From contig NW_003314285.1 in NCBI RefSeq assembly GCF_000143415.4, forward strand, positions 1,623,471-1,687,470: 64,000 bases of DNA, given 5' to 3'. Origin of the DNA: Selaginella moellendorffii. Taxonomy: Eukaryota > Plantae > Lycopodiophyta. The notes beneath the pieces are model-generated. The model was not told the DNA's origin. It worked only from the letters and a program-made list of their open reading frames with translations, and searched no databases. Shown here piece by piece: positions 50,722 to 62,959 of this stretch. The position numbers and the translations under genes were made by a program. Within the stretch, counting starts at the first letter, position 1; every line of letters begins with the position of its first letter.

Positions 50722-52552
50722 GCATGTTGGACAGCATCACGAGAGTTGCGGCATTGTTGGAATCCATCTCCAGGAGCCGTGCTGCCGCTTGATCGCCGGT
50801 CTGGAAGCTCTGGCAAGCGGACAGGAGAGATCTCCAGGAAAAGCTTCCAGGAAGGCAAGGCATGGTATCGATCAAAACTTCCAGATCTTCTCGACTCGCG
50901 CAGCAAGAGAGGAGATTGAGGACGCAGGTGTAGTGCTCCACTTTCGGTTCCAGGCGAAAGTCACTCCTCATCGACTGGAAATGCAGGAGGCCTTGGTCGA
51001 CAAGGCCTCTGTGAGTGACTCCGGAAAGGACGTTGAGGAAGGAGATTTCATCAGGCGTGTCACCCTCCAGAACCATTCTTTGGAGGAGATGGATCGCTGC
51101 TCGGGAGTCTCCACTCCGAGCATAAGCTGCGAGCATGGAGTTCCACGACAGCAAGTCCGGGCGAGCGAGAGCTGCGAAAGTGGACGATGCCGACTCGAGA
51201 TCTCCATGCAAAGCGTGAGCTGCGAGCATCGAGTTCCAGGAGGCGGTGTCCTTGTCGGGAATGGAGTGGAAGAGCTCGGAGGCCGCTTTGATATGCCCAC
51301 TCTGTGCATATCCCAGCAGCAAGATGTTCTTGCCGAAGAGGTCCCAGCACGGCATCCTGTGGAAGATGGTCTCGAGAGTTTCGACTCCCTTGCTCTTGCA
51401 GCAGTGCATCAGAGCGTTCCAAGACGATTGCATTCTCTCCGGGGAGATGTCGAAGATGGATTTTGCCTCGCCGATGCAACCAGCGACTCCGAATCCAGTG
51501 ATCATGGCCGCGAAGGACGCCGCTGTCGACTCTGGCATCTTTCTTAGCACTTCCACGGCGGCTGCCATATACCCGGCTTGGGCATAGCTTGACGAGAGGG
51601 CGTTCCAGCACACGCTGTTTCTCCGTGGCATTGCATCAAAGAGTGATTTTGCTTCTTGAATTCTGTCCGAGAGAATACTGGCCTCGAGAAGAACAGTGCA
51701 GGAAACCACGTCGTGGCATGGAAACAGATCAAACACAAGCTTTGCTTCTCTTACGTGTTTGTGATGAGCAGACGCTTGCAGAAGACACGTCCAGGCGACG
51801 AAGTTCTTCTCGGGCATTGCATCAAACAAGCGTTTGAGTTCTTCCAGGGTGGAGCACAGCTCTAGGAGTGCGGAGTAGACCATCACGTCGTGGCATGGCA
51901 TTTTGTGAAATAGTGTTTGAGCTCTTGCGATATGCCCGCCTTGGGCATATCCTTGAACCATGGCGGTCCAGAGCACCACATCTCTCTCTGGCATTTCATC
52001 AAACAGTGACTTGGCTTGTTCGTACAAAGAGCTCTCGCTTGACGTGAGGAACGCTTGGATAACAGCAGTGCAAGACTCGAGACTTAACGCAGGCATCTTT
52101 TGCAAAAGCTTGACAGCGCTACCGAAATCCGAGATTTGGGTACTTGCTGCAACTATAACGTTCCAGCAAACGGAATTCCTTTGTGGAAGTGATTCAAAGA
52201 ACTTCTTAGCTTCTCCCAAGCCTAAAATCTGGCAAAGCATTTTCAATACAATCGTGGACGAAACGACGTCCTTGAAGGGCATCTTGTTGAAAGTAATCAG
52301 TGCTTCATCAAAATGCCAGTTTCGGGCATTTTCTTGAAGAAGAATGTTCCACGAAAAGGCGTTCTTGTGGGGCATCGAATCGAAAAACCTCTTTGCATCT
52401 TGGATCTGTCCCAGCCTTCCAAACGTCGAAACGATTAAATTCGAGAGAAAAGTGTCAGTGGCGTCTAACAGAAGGCGTTGTTTGATGTCCAAAAGCTCAC
52501 GAACAGTGCCACAACTTCTTATTAGAGCCGCCAGTTTCCATCTTTGTTGCAT
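50705..52552 (-). CDS. PLS-class PPR protein, E subgroup
   Basis: 615-aa intronless ORF with short PPR motifs, EHYTCVLNLL and WRSLLSAC. Confidence 0.92.
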   Translation of the reverse strand: MQQRWKLAALIRSCGTVRELLDIKQRLLLDATDTFLSNLIVSTFGRLGQIQDAKRFFDSMPHKNAFSWNILLQENARNWHFDEALITFNKMPFKDVVSSTIVLKMLCQILGLGEAKKFFESLPQRNSVCWNVIVAASTQISDFGSAVKLLQKMPALSLESCTAVIQAFLTSSESSLYEQAKSLFDEMPERDVVLWTAMVQGYAQGGHIARAQTLFHKMPCHDVMVYSALLELCSTLEELKRLFDAMPEKNFVAWTCLLQASAHHKHVREAKLVFDLFPCHDVVSCTVLLEASILSDRIQEAKSLFDAMPRRNSVCWNALSSSYAQAGYMAAAVEVLRKMPESTAASFAAMITGFGVAGCIGEAKSIFDISPERMQSSWNALMHCCKSKGVETLETIFHRMPCWDLFGKNILLLGYAQSGHIKAASELFHSIPDKDTASWNSMLAAHALHGDLESASSTFAALARPDLLSWNSMLAAYARSGDSRAAIHLLQRMVLEGDTPDEISFLNVLSGVTHRGLVDQGLLHFQSMRSDFRLEPKVEHYTCVLNLLSCCASREDLEVLIDTMPCLPGSFSWRSLLSACQSFQTGDQAAARLLEMDSNNAATLVMLSNMLKLPA

Positions 52553-53222
52553 CTATCGATCATCTCCAACCTTTTTTTCTGATTTTCTGGAATGAAAGAT
52601 TAAAGATAAAGATTTGCCAGGGAAGATCACGAGAGCACAACGTCACCATTTTCCATTCTTCGCTCGTCTCAAATCTTCAGATTTCTAGAATGCAGCGCTA
52701 AGCGCTCAAGTCATCTCATTTGGAAAACTCGAGGAGATCGTCTTTAAAGAGGAAGGAGGAGCGTTTTTTTATTCATGTGTGACCAATCATTGTGTGGGTG
52801 GAGTGTTTGATCGATCGATCTTGATCTATCCCTGCTGGGTCCTCGTTCCAGCGTTCGTGGAGGCCGATCTCTTCTTGTGTCCTCTTCTGCGTCTCTGCAA
52901 TTTCCCAAGTTCCAACAATGTCATGGTCGTTTTGGCGAGTTCAATCCAATCAATCGAGAAGAGTTCAAGGAATTGGAGTGGATGACCCTACTTTTCTTCC
53001 TCGGCGCCTCCTCCGCCGCCTCATGAGCGATGGAGCATTGGTAGAAGCTGGTCTCGCCGGTCGCACCATCGCTTCTCTCTCTCGCTCTCTCCTTTTTCGC
53101 GCCTAAATCGACAGTCAAAGAGTTTAAAGCCGCGACCCTTGGATTCGCCACGTCATCAATCCACGTGTCCAAGATATAAAACCAGTTACAAAATGCGCCC
53201 CTAGGGTTTGATACAAGCAGCG

Positions 53223-54467
53223 ATGGTGGACGCACGATTCTTCCCCAGTCGCAAGCAGGCCTGGTACGCTGGATTCCATGGCGTGAAGCCGGAGCTCTGG
53301 TGGGATGGATTCTCCTCCCGGGTGGAGCTCAATGCCACAATCTCCGATAGATTGGGCGGCAGTGTTGGTTCTTGGACGTCTGGCTCGCTGCCCTGGGGCT
53401 ACTCCAAGCAGATGCTGCTGATCGTGGGCGCCATCGATCGCGAGGGCCACGAATCCCTCACGGAGTCGCAGTGCCGGGCCGCGATCGCGGAGTACGAGCG
53501 CTACAACGACTGCAATCTCGAGGCCATGCAGCGGCTCATCGTCCACTTCCGGCTGCCGCTGGACAAGGTCTCGCGGATCAGTCGCGAGGAGCAGAGCTGG
53601 ATCGTGCGCGACCTCTACTGCGCAGGGGGATTTCCAGAGAAGGTGGTGGTGATGGAGAGGCTCATGAGCGTCAAATCGTGGGCTTGCTACAGGAATGTGG
53701 AGGTGGGGGAGCTCTTGCCGGATCAGCGGACCAAGGGCGAGGAGATCCGCCTGGGATGTGTGGACAATGTGGTGCTTTCTCATGGATCATCGCCACAGGC
53801 TGCTAAGATGATGGATTACGACCAGCTGTTTGATGATTCGCTCCAGCGGCTGCGAGAGAGGCGCTCGCGCCCGTGCTTTTACGAAAGCTTCGCCTACTTC
53901 TATGGCCATCGTGGACAGTATGGTGAGGAAGAGATGGGTGACGATGAAGAACAAGAAGACGTGATCAAGCAAGAAGTCGATGATCACGACGTGAAGCCAA
54001 ATGTTACAAATGGTTGGACCAAGAATGCGGCACCAGTTTCCGGTATCTTCGAGGTGGTGGTGGGAGCAAATAGTTCTATCAACTTCCAGCCGTGTGGTGT
54101 TCCTGGCCCAGGGGCGAAACGAAGTGTGTTCGAGGTCAAGGTGGCGGCAGATGGGTCTCTCAGTTTCCAGCCTTTCGCAGATTGTTGCTCAAAAGCTCGC
54201 GTGAAGCAGGAGGTGATCGAAGCCAAGGTGAAGACTGAAGTTGATGGTGATGGGAATTTTGCGAATGGTGCTGTCAAACGCGATGCTGATCATGGTGGTG
54301 AGGATCATCGCCGGAGGAGCACTTGTGATCAGCAGCAGCAGCAGCAGCATTTGGGCGTGACAACTCCGCCGCTGAAAAAGCCCAAGCGGAGGGAAATCCT
54401 GTCCATGTTCAAAGGTACGCGGCTTTTGGTTGACCGCTTTGCTCCCTCCTTTCCTAAATCAAGATGA
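53223..54467 (+). CDS. Protein of unknown function (possibly exon 1 of the downstream gene)
   Basis: ~415-aa GC-rich ORF with an acidic tract, polyQ and NLS-like PPLKKPKRR; possible GT donor at 54415. Confidence 0.55.
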   Translation: MVDARFFPSRKQAWYAGFHGVKPELWWDGFSSRVELNATISDRLGGSVGSWTSGSLPWGYSKQMLLIVGAIDREGHESLTESQCRAAIAEYERYNDCNLEAMQRLIVHFRLPLDKVSRISREEQSWIVRDLYCAGGFPEKVVVMERLMSVKSWACYRNVEVGELLPDQRTKGEEIRLGCVDNVVLSHGSSPQAAKMMDYDQLFDDSLQRLRERRSRPCFYESFAYFYGHRGQYGEEEMGDDEEQEDVIKQEVDDHDVKPNVTNGWTKNAAPVSGIFEVVVGANSSINFQPCGVPGPGAKRSVFEVKVAADGSLSFQPFADCCSKARVKQEVIEAKVKTEVDGDGNFANGAVKRDADHGGEDHRRRSTCDQQQQQQHLGVTTPPLKKPKRREILSMFKGTRLLVDRFAPSFPKSR

Positions 54468-54504
54468 AGCTTGATTTAGAATATCAATCAGGATATTCTA
54501 ATAA

Positions 54505-57084
54505 GTGCAGGACAAATATATATTAGAATATCCTGACGAAGGTGGCAAAAAGGGTTTGTTTATGGCGACGCTCAAGGACGATCTTCTTCAGGCGCTTTGG
54601 CGTGGTGGGGAGCCCACGATCGCGTTCGCAACTGGAGGCCAGATCGATGAAGCAACGATTCCAGCCTCTCTTTCAGTGGAAGGCGTCGGGAGGGTCGATG
54701 TTCCTTTGCCACAGCAAGATCTGGACAAGATCAAGGCAGCCGCTGAGTGCTATAGGTCCCAGATATGGAGAGTGAGTGCGTCCAAGATCTCGTGCCCTGA
54801 GAATCCAGATCTCCTGGAAAAGGCCGCCCACGACATTGCTGCCCAGGCTCTTCAGCTCGGCATGGAGGTGGAAGTGGAGCTCTCCGAGATGTTTCTCATG
54901 GAATCAGGTAGTGAGCCTCTAATGTTTGTGATGAAGAGTTCTTGCTTAGCGACCATGATCATCCAGCTCCCCACCCAATCTGGCCACTCAGGTGGAAAGC
55001 TCACCATCTCGCATGAGGATTCATCCAAGGAATTCAACTTCCATTCCAGGACAGATTGCTACCATGCCATCTTTTTCCGCGGTTGTAGGAACAAACTCGC
55101 TGAGGTGACCAAGGGATCAAGGGTGTGCTTGGTTTTTAGATTGCTGGCCAAGAAGGCAAACTTTCTTTCCGTGGACAACTTCCCATTCTTCGCCTCCACA
55201 TCAGGGCGTGTCAAGTCGCTACTCCAGCGCTGGGCCGCCACTAGTTCACCGAGTGCAAGGGATTTGATGGTGGTTCCACTGGGTCACTCATATTCGTCCA
55301 TGAGCTTTCATGGTCTCAAGGGGCACGACCGTGTGGTGACTGCACTCGTTATGAACTGCGACTTTCTGGAGCTCCATCTCTGCACGCTCACGAAACGAGT
55401 AAAGCAGGAGATAGAGAATTACTGGGTTGAAAATTGGGTTTCAGCGACAGATGACCTCCGAATTGACTATGGGAGGTGGAACGTCTTGGATATAGACGTG
55501 CTCCGGTCATGTAGCGGCTATAAGAACGAGCCATTCATGAGCAGCAGCGTTGTCGACGATGAGGTTGACGTCTTTCATGTTGCAGCGCTGGTGGTCTGGC
55601 CTGCAAGCAGGAAATTGCAGGTTTTGAAGCATAACTGGAGCTCTTTGAAGAAAAACTTGAGGTCGCTCATCGCACGAGTTCTGGAAAAACACTTGGCTCG
55701 CCTCGACTCGACCGAGGCCAAGAGGGATGTGCACAACCTGGTGTGTGTCTTGCAAGGCCAAAATTGTAACAGCGGTGTCGAGGTTGAGGTTTGGGCTCAG
55801 GTTTTAGACTTGTGCTGTAAGTCTGGGCTCGAGGAAGATGCTCTGATGCTTGTAAAGGCTTGGGGAAATTATCATCCATTGTTTTGGACAGCGATGTCTA
55901 AGTTGCCATGGGACGATGTCAAAAAGTGCATGATCTCATTTCGATTTCAATCAGAGAGATCTATGGATCTGGTTATGGAGCTCAAGTCAGTTGGACGTGA
56001 GGATGATGCACTAGAGCTTGCAAAGTTGTTGGCGCGGCATGTGCACTATGATGTTAAGATTTTGGAGTTTTGCTTGAGCTATGGGCTTAAGGACGAGGTG
56101 ACAGAAATCCTGAAAGACATGCCAATCGAGAAGATTGCAGTGGCTGCGCATCGAGAAGAGTATCGCGAAGCTGTGGAACTTCGCATCGGATCCATGGAAA
56201 AGGCTTTTAACAGCGGCACATATACTAGAGCCTATAATCTGGATCCTGTGGCACGGATGATTCTTAAGGTGGCAGGATACGGCTCCCACGACTTGGCAAC
56301 AGCTTTTGCATCCAAGCTCCAGAGTCTTTTGCCTAATTACATCGATCCGGGAAATATGCAAGGGGAACCTTTTCTGGCAGCATTCCTCTTGTCAAGGGAG
56401 CTTGTGTCATATGAAGTGGCATTCAACTGCGCCCGGGATCGGAATTATGTGGAACTAGTCGCGGTGATAGCAGGGATGAAAGACGCGGCCGGTTTCATAG
56501 GCTTGAAGGAGACGAACAAAAATATGGCAAGGCTGTTCAAGGACCTATGTTTACACGTTCTCGAATGGGAACAAGTGTTTGATGGAGAGGAGGACAAGGC
56601 CTTGGTCGAGTACAACGGCAGCAAGAAGCCCAAGTTGCAAGGCATGAGCGAAAAGTTCCAAGAGTTTGTGGAGGCAGTGCTGTGGTTTGGAGATGAGGGA
56701 ATGATCGCAGCCATGGTTGACCAGCTCGTCGTTCGGATCCACGTAATATGGAAGCTACTCTACAAGGAGTGTGGATTGGTGCAAAGAGTGGTGAGCTTTG
56801 GTGTTCCGGCGGCGACCGAAGCTCTCAGATATCTGGTGGAAGCGAGGAGAGATCACTTGCGCAGAGGTGTGAGATATGGAATGGATGATATGATCACGTG
56901 GTATCCCCCTCGCAAGCGAGCCAGGATTTGTGGCACTGACTTGGATCCAGACCAGGTGAAGGAAAATCCTCGACTGCTTCGTGTTGTTTGTGATATCAGG
57001 AAGGAACAGTGGGAAGCCCATGCCAGCCTCGAAGTTAACTACTTGGAAAACTTGCTAGACAATGATCTTAAGATTACCTCGTAG
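54505..57084 (+). CDS. 2OG-Fe(II) oxygenase-like domain protein (degenerate) with long helical C-terminus
   Basis: LSVEGVGRVDVPL, ATMIIQLP...HSGGKLTISH, AIFFRGCRNKLAEVTKGSRVCLVFRL and PLGHSYS..SFHGLKGHD resemble a family I recall mainly from fungi, oomycetes and bacteria. Confidence 0.7.
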   Translation: MQDKYILEYPDEGGKKGLFMATLKDDLLQALWRGGEPTIAFATGGQIDEATIPASLSVEGVGRVDVPLPQQDLDKIKAAAECYRSQIWRVSASKISCPENPDLLEKAAHDIAAQALQLGMEVEVELSEMFLMESGSEPLMFVMKSSCLATMIIQLPTQSGHSGGKLTISHEDSSKEFNFHSRTDCYHAIFFRGCRNKLAEVTKGSRVCLVFRLLAKKANFLSVDNFPFFASTSGRVKSLLQRWAATSSPSARDLMVVPLGHSYSSMSFHGLKGHDRVVTALVMNCDFLELHLCTLTKRVKQEIENYWVENWVSATDDLRIDYGRWNVLDIDVLRSCSGYKNEPFMSSSVVDDEVDVFHVAALVVWPASRKLQVLKHNWSSLKKNLRSLIARVLEKHLARLDSTEAKRDVHNLVCVLQGQNCNSGVEVEVWAQVLDLCCKSGLEEDALMLVKAWGNYHPLFWTAMSKLPWDDVKKCMISFRFQSERSMDLVMELKSVGREDDALELAKLLARHVHYDVKILEFCLSYGLKDEVTEILKDMPIEKIAVAAHREEYREAVELRIGSMEKAFNSGTYTRAYNLDPVARMILKVAGYGSHDLATAFASKLQSLLPNYIDPGNMQGEPFLAAFLLSRELVSYEVAFNCARDRNYVELVAVIAGMKDAAGFIGLKETNKNMARLFKDLCLHVLEWEQVFDGEEDKALVEYNGSKKPKLQGMSEKFQEFVEAVLWFGDEGMIAAMVDQLVVRIHVIWKLLYKECGLVQRVVSFGVPAATEALRYLVEARRDHLRRGVRYGMDDMITWYPPRKRARICGTDLDPDQVKENPRLLRVVCDIRKEQWEAHASLEVNYLENLLDNDLKITS

Positions 57085-57155
57085 AAGTTCGTTTTCTATC
57101 TAATGTTTAAAGTTCTATCTAATCAATATCAAAGACCTTCTTACCTAGATAGAAA

Positions 57156-58071
57156 ATGAGCAGTGGGAGCCTGGGATTGCTCCTACACTGTGGTGGGTCT
57201 TTTGCATTCGCTCCAGATTCTCGTTTTTTCTCGGCAAGCTTGACGAGGAGCGAGAGAGGAGGAGGAGGAGTTCTTCGGGCATTGAGACTCCACCAGCAAA
57301 TAGCTCAAGTTGCCGAGCAGGCCATCGCTGATGCCTCGTCTTCTCTCGACGGCCCAATTGAGCTCCCCGGCGATTTGGAGCAGCCCACCTCGCCACTCCA
57401 AATCGCAGGTAGCGTCGTTCTCACTGGTGCCATCTCGGTTCTTCTCCTCCGCTCGTTGAGACGACGATACAAAGAAGCCAAAGAGAAGGTTCTTCTCCTA
57501 CACTGTTTTTCACAGCAAACTTTAGAAGATTTTTTTTTTTTTTTCCAGAAACCTTTGAAGGAACAGGCGAAGCAGAATGTGCTCGCTAGCCTCGCCAACC
57601 AGGTAGTGGAGAAGCCACCACCATCGTTTGAGCAGACCCTGTATGGAGCTCTCTTGGCCGGCGCCATAGCTTTTGTGCTCTACCAGTGCACCACGGCAGT
57701 GACCGGCTCCTTCGCTTCAAAGCCACTTCCAACAGAATATGCTGTAAGTGAAAACTTTGATGCAAGTTTCTGCCGCTGACATGTTTGTGCCTTGATCACC
57801 ACAGACAAGGAACATTGCGGTGACTGTGAGGTACTCTTTCGTACCTGAGTTCTTCCTTGTCACTGACTCTCGAAACCGTTCTTTCTGTTTTCTCGTCTCA
57901 TGCAGAACTATTATAAGTGGGATATGTTACCTCGCTACCTTTGTGTTCGCTGCCGACGCCATTGGATTGGCGCTCTATGGTCTTCAACTCTTGGTTAATC
58001 CTCCGCCAGCGGCACCAGAGAAAGGCACCGACGAGGAGGACGAATCAGCTCCTAGTGAAGAGAAACGATAG
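57156..58071 (+). CDS. DUF3082-family chloroplast membrane protein, multi-exon
   Basis: PPPS.EQTLYGALLAGAIAFVLYQ.TT, RNIAVTVRTIISGICYLATFVFA..IGL.LY.LQL. Confidence 0.8.
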
Positions 58072-58125
58072 CTTGAAGTATCCCTGGAATAAACAAATTG
58101 TTAGCTCGCAAGAAAAATCACAGGC

Positions 58126-59120
58126 TCACCTCGACTGCTCTTCCTCTTCGAGAAGTCCAATCTGAAGACCGGGGTCTGTTTTTGCTCCGTATCTCCGGAT
58201 CAAACAGCTGAATATGGGCAAGAAACAGAAATACAGGAGGGCCATGATCGCAGGTGCTGCGACAGCCCAGCCAACAAGCTGTAATAAACAGTTAAGTGGA
58301 GTCAGCTACCCAACGAATGAGACATCACACATCTTCGCTTAAAAATGTGATCCATCGTTGTGTTTACCGCATGGAGAAGGCTTAAAAGTATAGATTTGGT
58401 GGCTTTTCCAGTAACGGCCTTCCAGAGAGCGTTGGACGAGAGCATTATGTGTCCACCGTTCGTTAGCCATTCTCCCAGCCGCAGGAAAGGGATCAACAGC
58501 CTGAAAAGCATCGCGAAGTAAGAGATAGAAGACAGGGAATATATAAAAGTATGATTTTTTAGCACTCACGCGAGCTCTAGTGGAGTAGCAACGAAATTCG
58601 TGAGCATCAAAGTTGGAGCGTGGCATCTGGATCTGAGAACGCAAACTGCGATCGCACACAAAAATAACGTCACACCTACAAAAACAAAGAGCCAATTAAA
58701 GTCAGCACGAACAATTTTTTTTCTCCCTTTCTAGGCCAAGTCAAAGAGATCGTGAAGAAAAAACTGACCATAGATCGGGAAAACTCCCAGTGTCACGCCT
58801 AAAGCGGCAGAAAAGGCAAGTTGCCTGGGCTCAGTTCCTCTGGAAATCCACAATCAAAAGAGGAACAAAAAAGGGAAAAGAAAATTCTACCTGCGAACGA
58901 TAAGCATGAAAGGCCGTGAAATTCGAGCCTTCCACCACCGCACGACCCATCTCCCTTCGGAATCTCTGACTAGATCGATCCTATCGCCCTCATCCTCCAT
59001 GGAAGGATTGGGAGTAACGTTAATCTCGGCAGAGCCTTGCCGCTTAACATCCAGCGTGACAATCTTGGCCGCCGGCGACGCCTCGGCGCCTCCATTTTCC
59101 ACAACCACCTCCACTGTCAT
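58126..59120 (-). CDS. DUF2062-family membrane protein, multi-exon
   Basis: RGTEPRQLAFSAALGVTLGVFPI, APTLMLTNFVATPLEL, PFLRLGE, LVGWAVAAP. Confidence 0.8.
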
Positions 59121-59565
59121 GGCCGCGACAATCCCAGTCGCATTCCCTGAGTGAAATCCCTGCCACAGGAGGAAGAAAAGACCAAAGGCACACCTGGCGT
59201 GATCCGGAGCTCGAATTGATTGATCGATCGATCGGTGGACTGCGCGTGAGAGAGAGCGTGGAAAAGAGGAAGAGCCTTGGAACCCTATCGAGCAAATTTG
59301 AAATGCCGGGTTTCCACATTGACTGCTGATCTAGCGATACGCGGTTGCGACACTTGTCAGACTCTCCAGGTCGCCGGTTCAATTCCATCCAAGCGAGCGA
59401 AAGCTTCTTTTTTTTCTATGTACAACTCAAACGAATGCGCGAGGCTCCCTGTTAAAGAAAGAAGAAAGGAATTACGATCAAACAATGGATGGAAAAACAA
59501 AATGGACGAGAAAAAATAAAGCATGGATCTTACTTGGGATGGATTCTTATAAATGGATCGAAGAG

Positions 59566-60364
59566 CTACAAGAAGTATTTCATTCGCACGTCCCGTCTCA
59601 TCGCGTTATAGACAGCTCGAACCTGTTGGAAGAAGAAAAATCTATGGATGGTAAGCTCCTTCTCTAGCGCTGGAAACGTTTCACTTACTTGATCTCCGGA
59701 ATTCACCACGACGGGGCCGATTCTCACGGATATATACTTGCCTCTGGACGACAATCTCTTGGAAACCCAGGCCTGTGTCAAACATCTTTCGTAAGAAAAG
59801 AGAAAGGAAAAACACGAAACTTTACCCGTGGAATTGGAGACTGAAGAACAGTCTCCACGGCAACCACCATCGCCTGCGCGAAATCGTCGCCTCCTCTCCC
59901 AATCGCTGTGAATCTCCTCACCATCGGGTAGAGATTCACCTGGTGCAAAGCTTTAAAGAGGCTGTTAGACTGCAAGCTTTTCTTTCTTTCATTCTCACAT
60001 ACCCGTTCGTCCAATGCCTTCCATTGATCCTCAGGAAGATAGCCTCCAATCACGACATTGAGAGTCTTCCCCACTCGACCATCGCGCTTGGACACCTCTG
60101 CGAATCCAAAACTCGCTCAATCCCAGCCACCACACACCAATCGCCAGAAACAAAACCTGAGAGCGCCCTGAGAAGCGCATCCTGGGGGGGCCTCTTGTCG
60201 CCTCCATTCCCACCATTCCCGCCATTCCCACTGCTCCCGTCGCCATTGTAAGCCCGGCATTTGCAGTAGATCGAAGACTCCGGCTTGAATCTGCCGCTGC
60301 CGACGGCCGCCGCGACTCCCCGGATCCTACTCACCGCAATGCCGCCATAGACAGCACTCCCCAT
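59566..60364 (-). CDS. DUF493 (YbeD-like) plastid protein, multi-exon
   Basis: PPQDALLRALS, YPMVRRFTAIGRGGDDFAQAMV, SSRGKYISVRIGPV..VRAVYNAMRRDVRMKYFL. Confidence 0.88.
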
Positions 60365-61084
60365 CTCAAGCAAAGCCCTAATCTCTGTTTTTAGGGCAAA
60401 AGTAAAAAAATATTTCATCCATGGTTTAGGAAAAAGGAATAGCAAAGAAATATAAATTTTATATGCGATCCGACAGGGGGACTTTCAATCATGCAAAACC
60501 TAAAGCTTGTTGATTTGTAAACTTCGCTCTGAAGTTTTAGGAGTCTAGGACTTGACGGATTATGTCTGATCACATATTCTGTCAAGTTCTGGACCTCTAT
60601 GTGACCCGAAACGCTCAGCCTCATCATATATTTTTTTCAAGTTCTGGACCTGTGATCCGAAACCCTCAGATGAAAACGCAAGCTACAAAGAAAGAAACTG
60701 GACTTTTAACGGGGTCAAGAAGTTAAAAAATCTTTTGCTAATCTAAGTTTTTCAATAGATAATTAAAATGTCTTGCCAATCTTTATCTCTAGTTCCAAGT
60801 GTATAATATAGAGTAGGCCACTGTTTCTACCCAAATCATAGCATAGAAGTGCTGCAAATGTCCTTTTTGTTTTCTCACCACTTGTCAGAGTATGTATGGG
60901 AGTCAAATCTCTTCAATACTTATAGGTAGAACAAGAATTACACGAAGGTTTGATGCTAAGGCCACTCACATTGTTGTTCTCTTTGAAAGAATTTAAGACC
61001 TCAGCATCAAAGAGATCTCATGGGCAACTAGAGTGATGGTAAAAATGGTGGCACCATTGTATCCTATTGTGTCATGAGCTATAT

Positions 61085-62665
61085 TGCATCTTGGATAGTG
61101 AGTCTTCTTCATTGGTGCAGATTCTGACTTTGGGCATTTGGAGCTCAACATGGAGCACCTAACAATCCACTTTCTCTAGCACACCATGAATTTGCTTATG
61201 TTTTCAGGGTTTCTTCCATATTATCACATTAATAATTTCATTCAGTATTGTGCCTTTAATCATATCTTGACAGACACAGCATAGTGTTTGAAGTTTACGA
61301 GGTGGCTGGTGGGGAAAGCACAAGCATGGATGAGAGCTTTGACAGAGGATGGGTGTGAGGACTTCCCATGTTGTTTTCTTCATTTTGTAAGGTATTTGAG
61401 ATCTTCACTATATCTCCAAACTGGTGGATCCCAAGTGCATTATGGACAGATGATTCTAGATGGGAGAAATCCTGTGTAGAGTCAGTACAAAAGAAATTAA
61501 TGGTGTTGCATTCCACCACTTTAACTGTGCAGGAGAAGGAATTTATGACAAAGAAGTGTTTGTATGGATGAAACTGGATCATTGATTGATCTAGTAGATG
61601 TACAGAGTGACATATTTACATATATCAGCTGCCGGAATGACAAAGTGCTAAACCCAGGAAATTAGGGCAGTTAAGTGATTAAGGGGATTGGGATAAATGC
61701 AGCAAAAGGCAAATAGTGAGATTACAATCAAAAGGCAAACTTGTAAACATGGATTAATTATTGTTAGCAAAGGATAAACCTAACAACCAAAATAGATCAT
61801 TACAATAAAGAAGATGATGCCAAAGAATGGGTTGAAACCAAAGATGGTGGTGTTGTATATTGGCTGGTGCTATATCCATTTTACACATCTTTTCTCTATG
61901 GGTATATTGCTTTGGAATCCAGGCTCATTTAGCTTCTTGAGGTTGCCATCAGTGGCTGGTTTATGAAGCAAAGGAATTTGTGGCCAACATTATTTTTGAT
62001 AGAGCTGTTTTTAATTAGCATTGAATCAAAGTTCATAACAATGAGATTGTGAGTATTGTTATTCCTGATAGCAGAACATTTTCCAGCCGACACCACCATT
62101 TTTGGCTTCACCAGCAACATTTAGGACATCTTATTTAAGTGCTTCTCACTTCAGTGCCATGATCTTTTTGGTTGTTAGGTTTACCCTCTACTAACAATAA
62201 TCAACTCCTGTCTACAGGTTACTAGTATACATCCAAAAATCTTTGCTTTTTGCCCCTGCTATTTGCCTCCTGCTATTTGCCTTTTGCTGAAATATTGGCC
62301 TTTGCTTGGATATAGTAGAATATTTTCCACACACCACCATCTTATGCCTTCAAAACAAAACAAACAATGTGGGGAAGTCTTCACACTCATCCTTTGCCAA
62401 AACCCTCACCCAGGCTTGTTGGTTTCCCCACCAACAACCTTGCAAACTCCAAATACTGTGCCATATCAGTCAAGATACGATTAGGCACAATACCGAGTGA
62501 AATTTTCAATGTGATCATGTGGAAGAAAACCTGAAGCAAGATTAAACATAAGCAAGTTCATGGCGTGCTGGAGAAAGTGGATTGTTAGCTGCTCCATGTT
62601 GAGCTCTAAATGCCTAAACTCAGAATCTGCAACTGATGAAGAAGACTTGTTATCCGAGATGCACT
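61085..62665. repeat. Large imperfect inverted repeat (fold-back); arms ~61085-61856 and ~62088-62665
   Basis: Colinear reverse-complement blocks: 61117-61270/62470-62632, 61275-61392/62347-62460, 61700-61717/62273-62289, 61758-61801/62159-62201, 61839-61856/62088-62105. Confidence 0.85.
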
Positions 62666-62959
62666 CCTGAAAATTTAACTCGCGAAGTAGCTGAGAGAAC
62701 TGTCCACGAGCCTGACCTAATGAAATAGTTTGTGCCTTGTACTCCACTGAGCTACTTGTTTTTTGCACTGGCATGGACCACAAAAGCCCAGATGCCTAAT
62801 AAGAAAACTGTAGCTGCGACTTACCTCTACTTTGATAAGCACGCCTGTTTGAAAATTATCAAACTAAACCATATCAACATGCCAAGAATGCATAAGAAAC
62901 CCAGCTACCTCAGCTTAGCGTGCAAACCTTTCTATACATGTTGAACGCGATTGCAAGCA

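Noticed and set aside
60582-60670. Two ~35-bp direct repeats upstream of the DUF493 gene
   Set aside because: Two copies only; no evidence of function.
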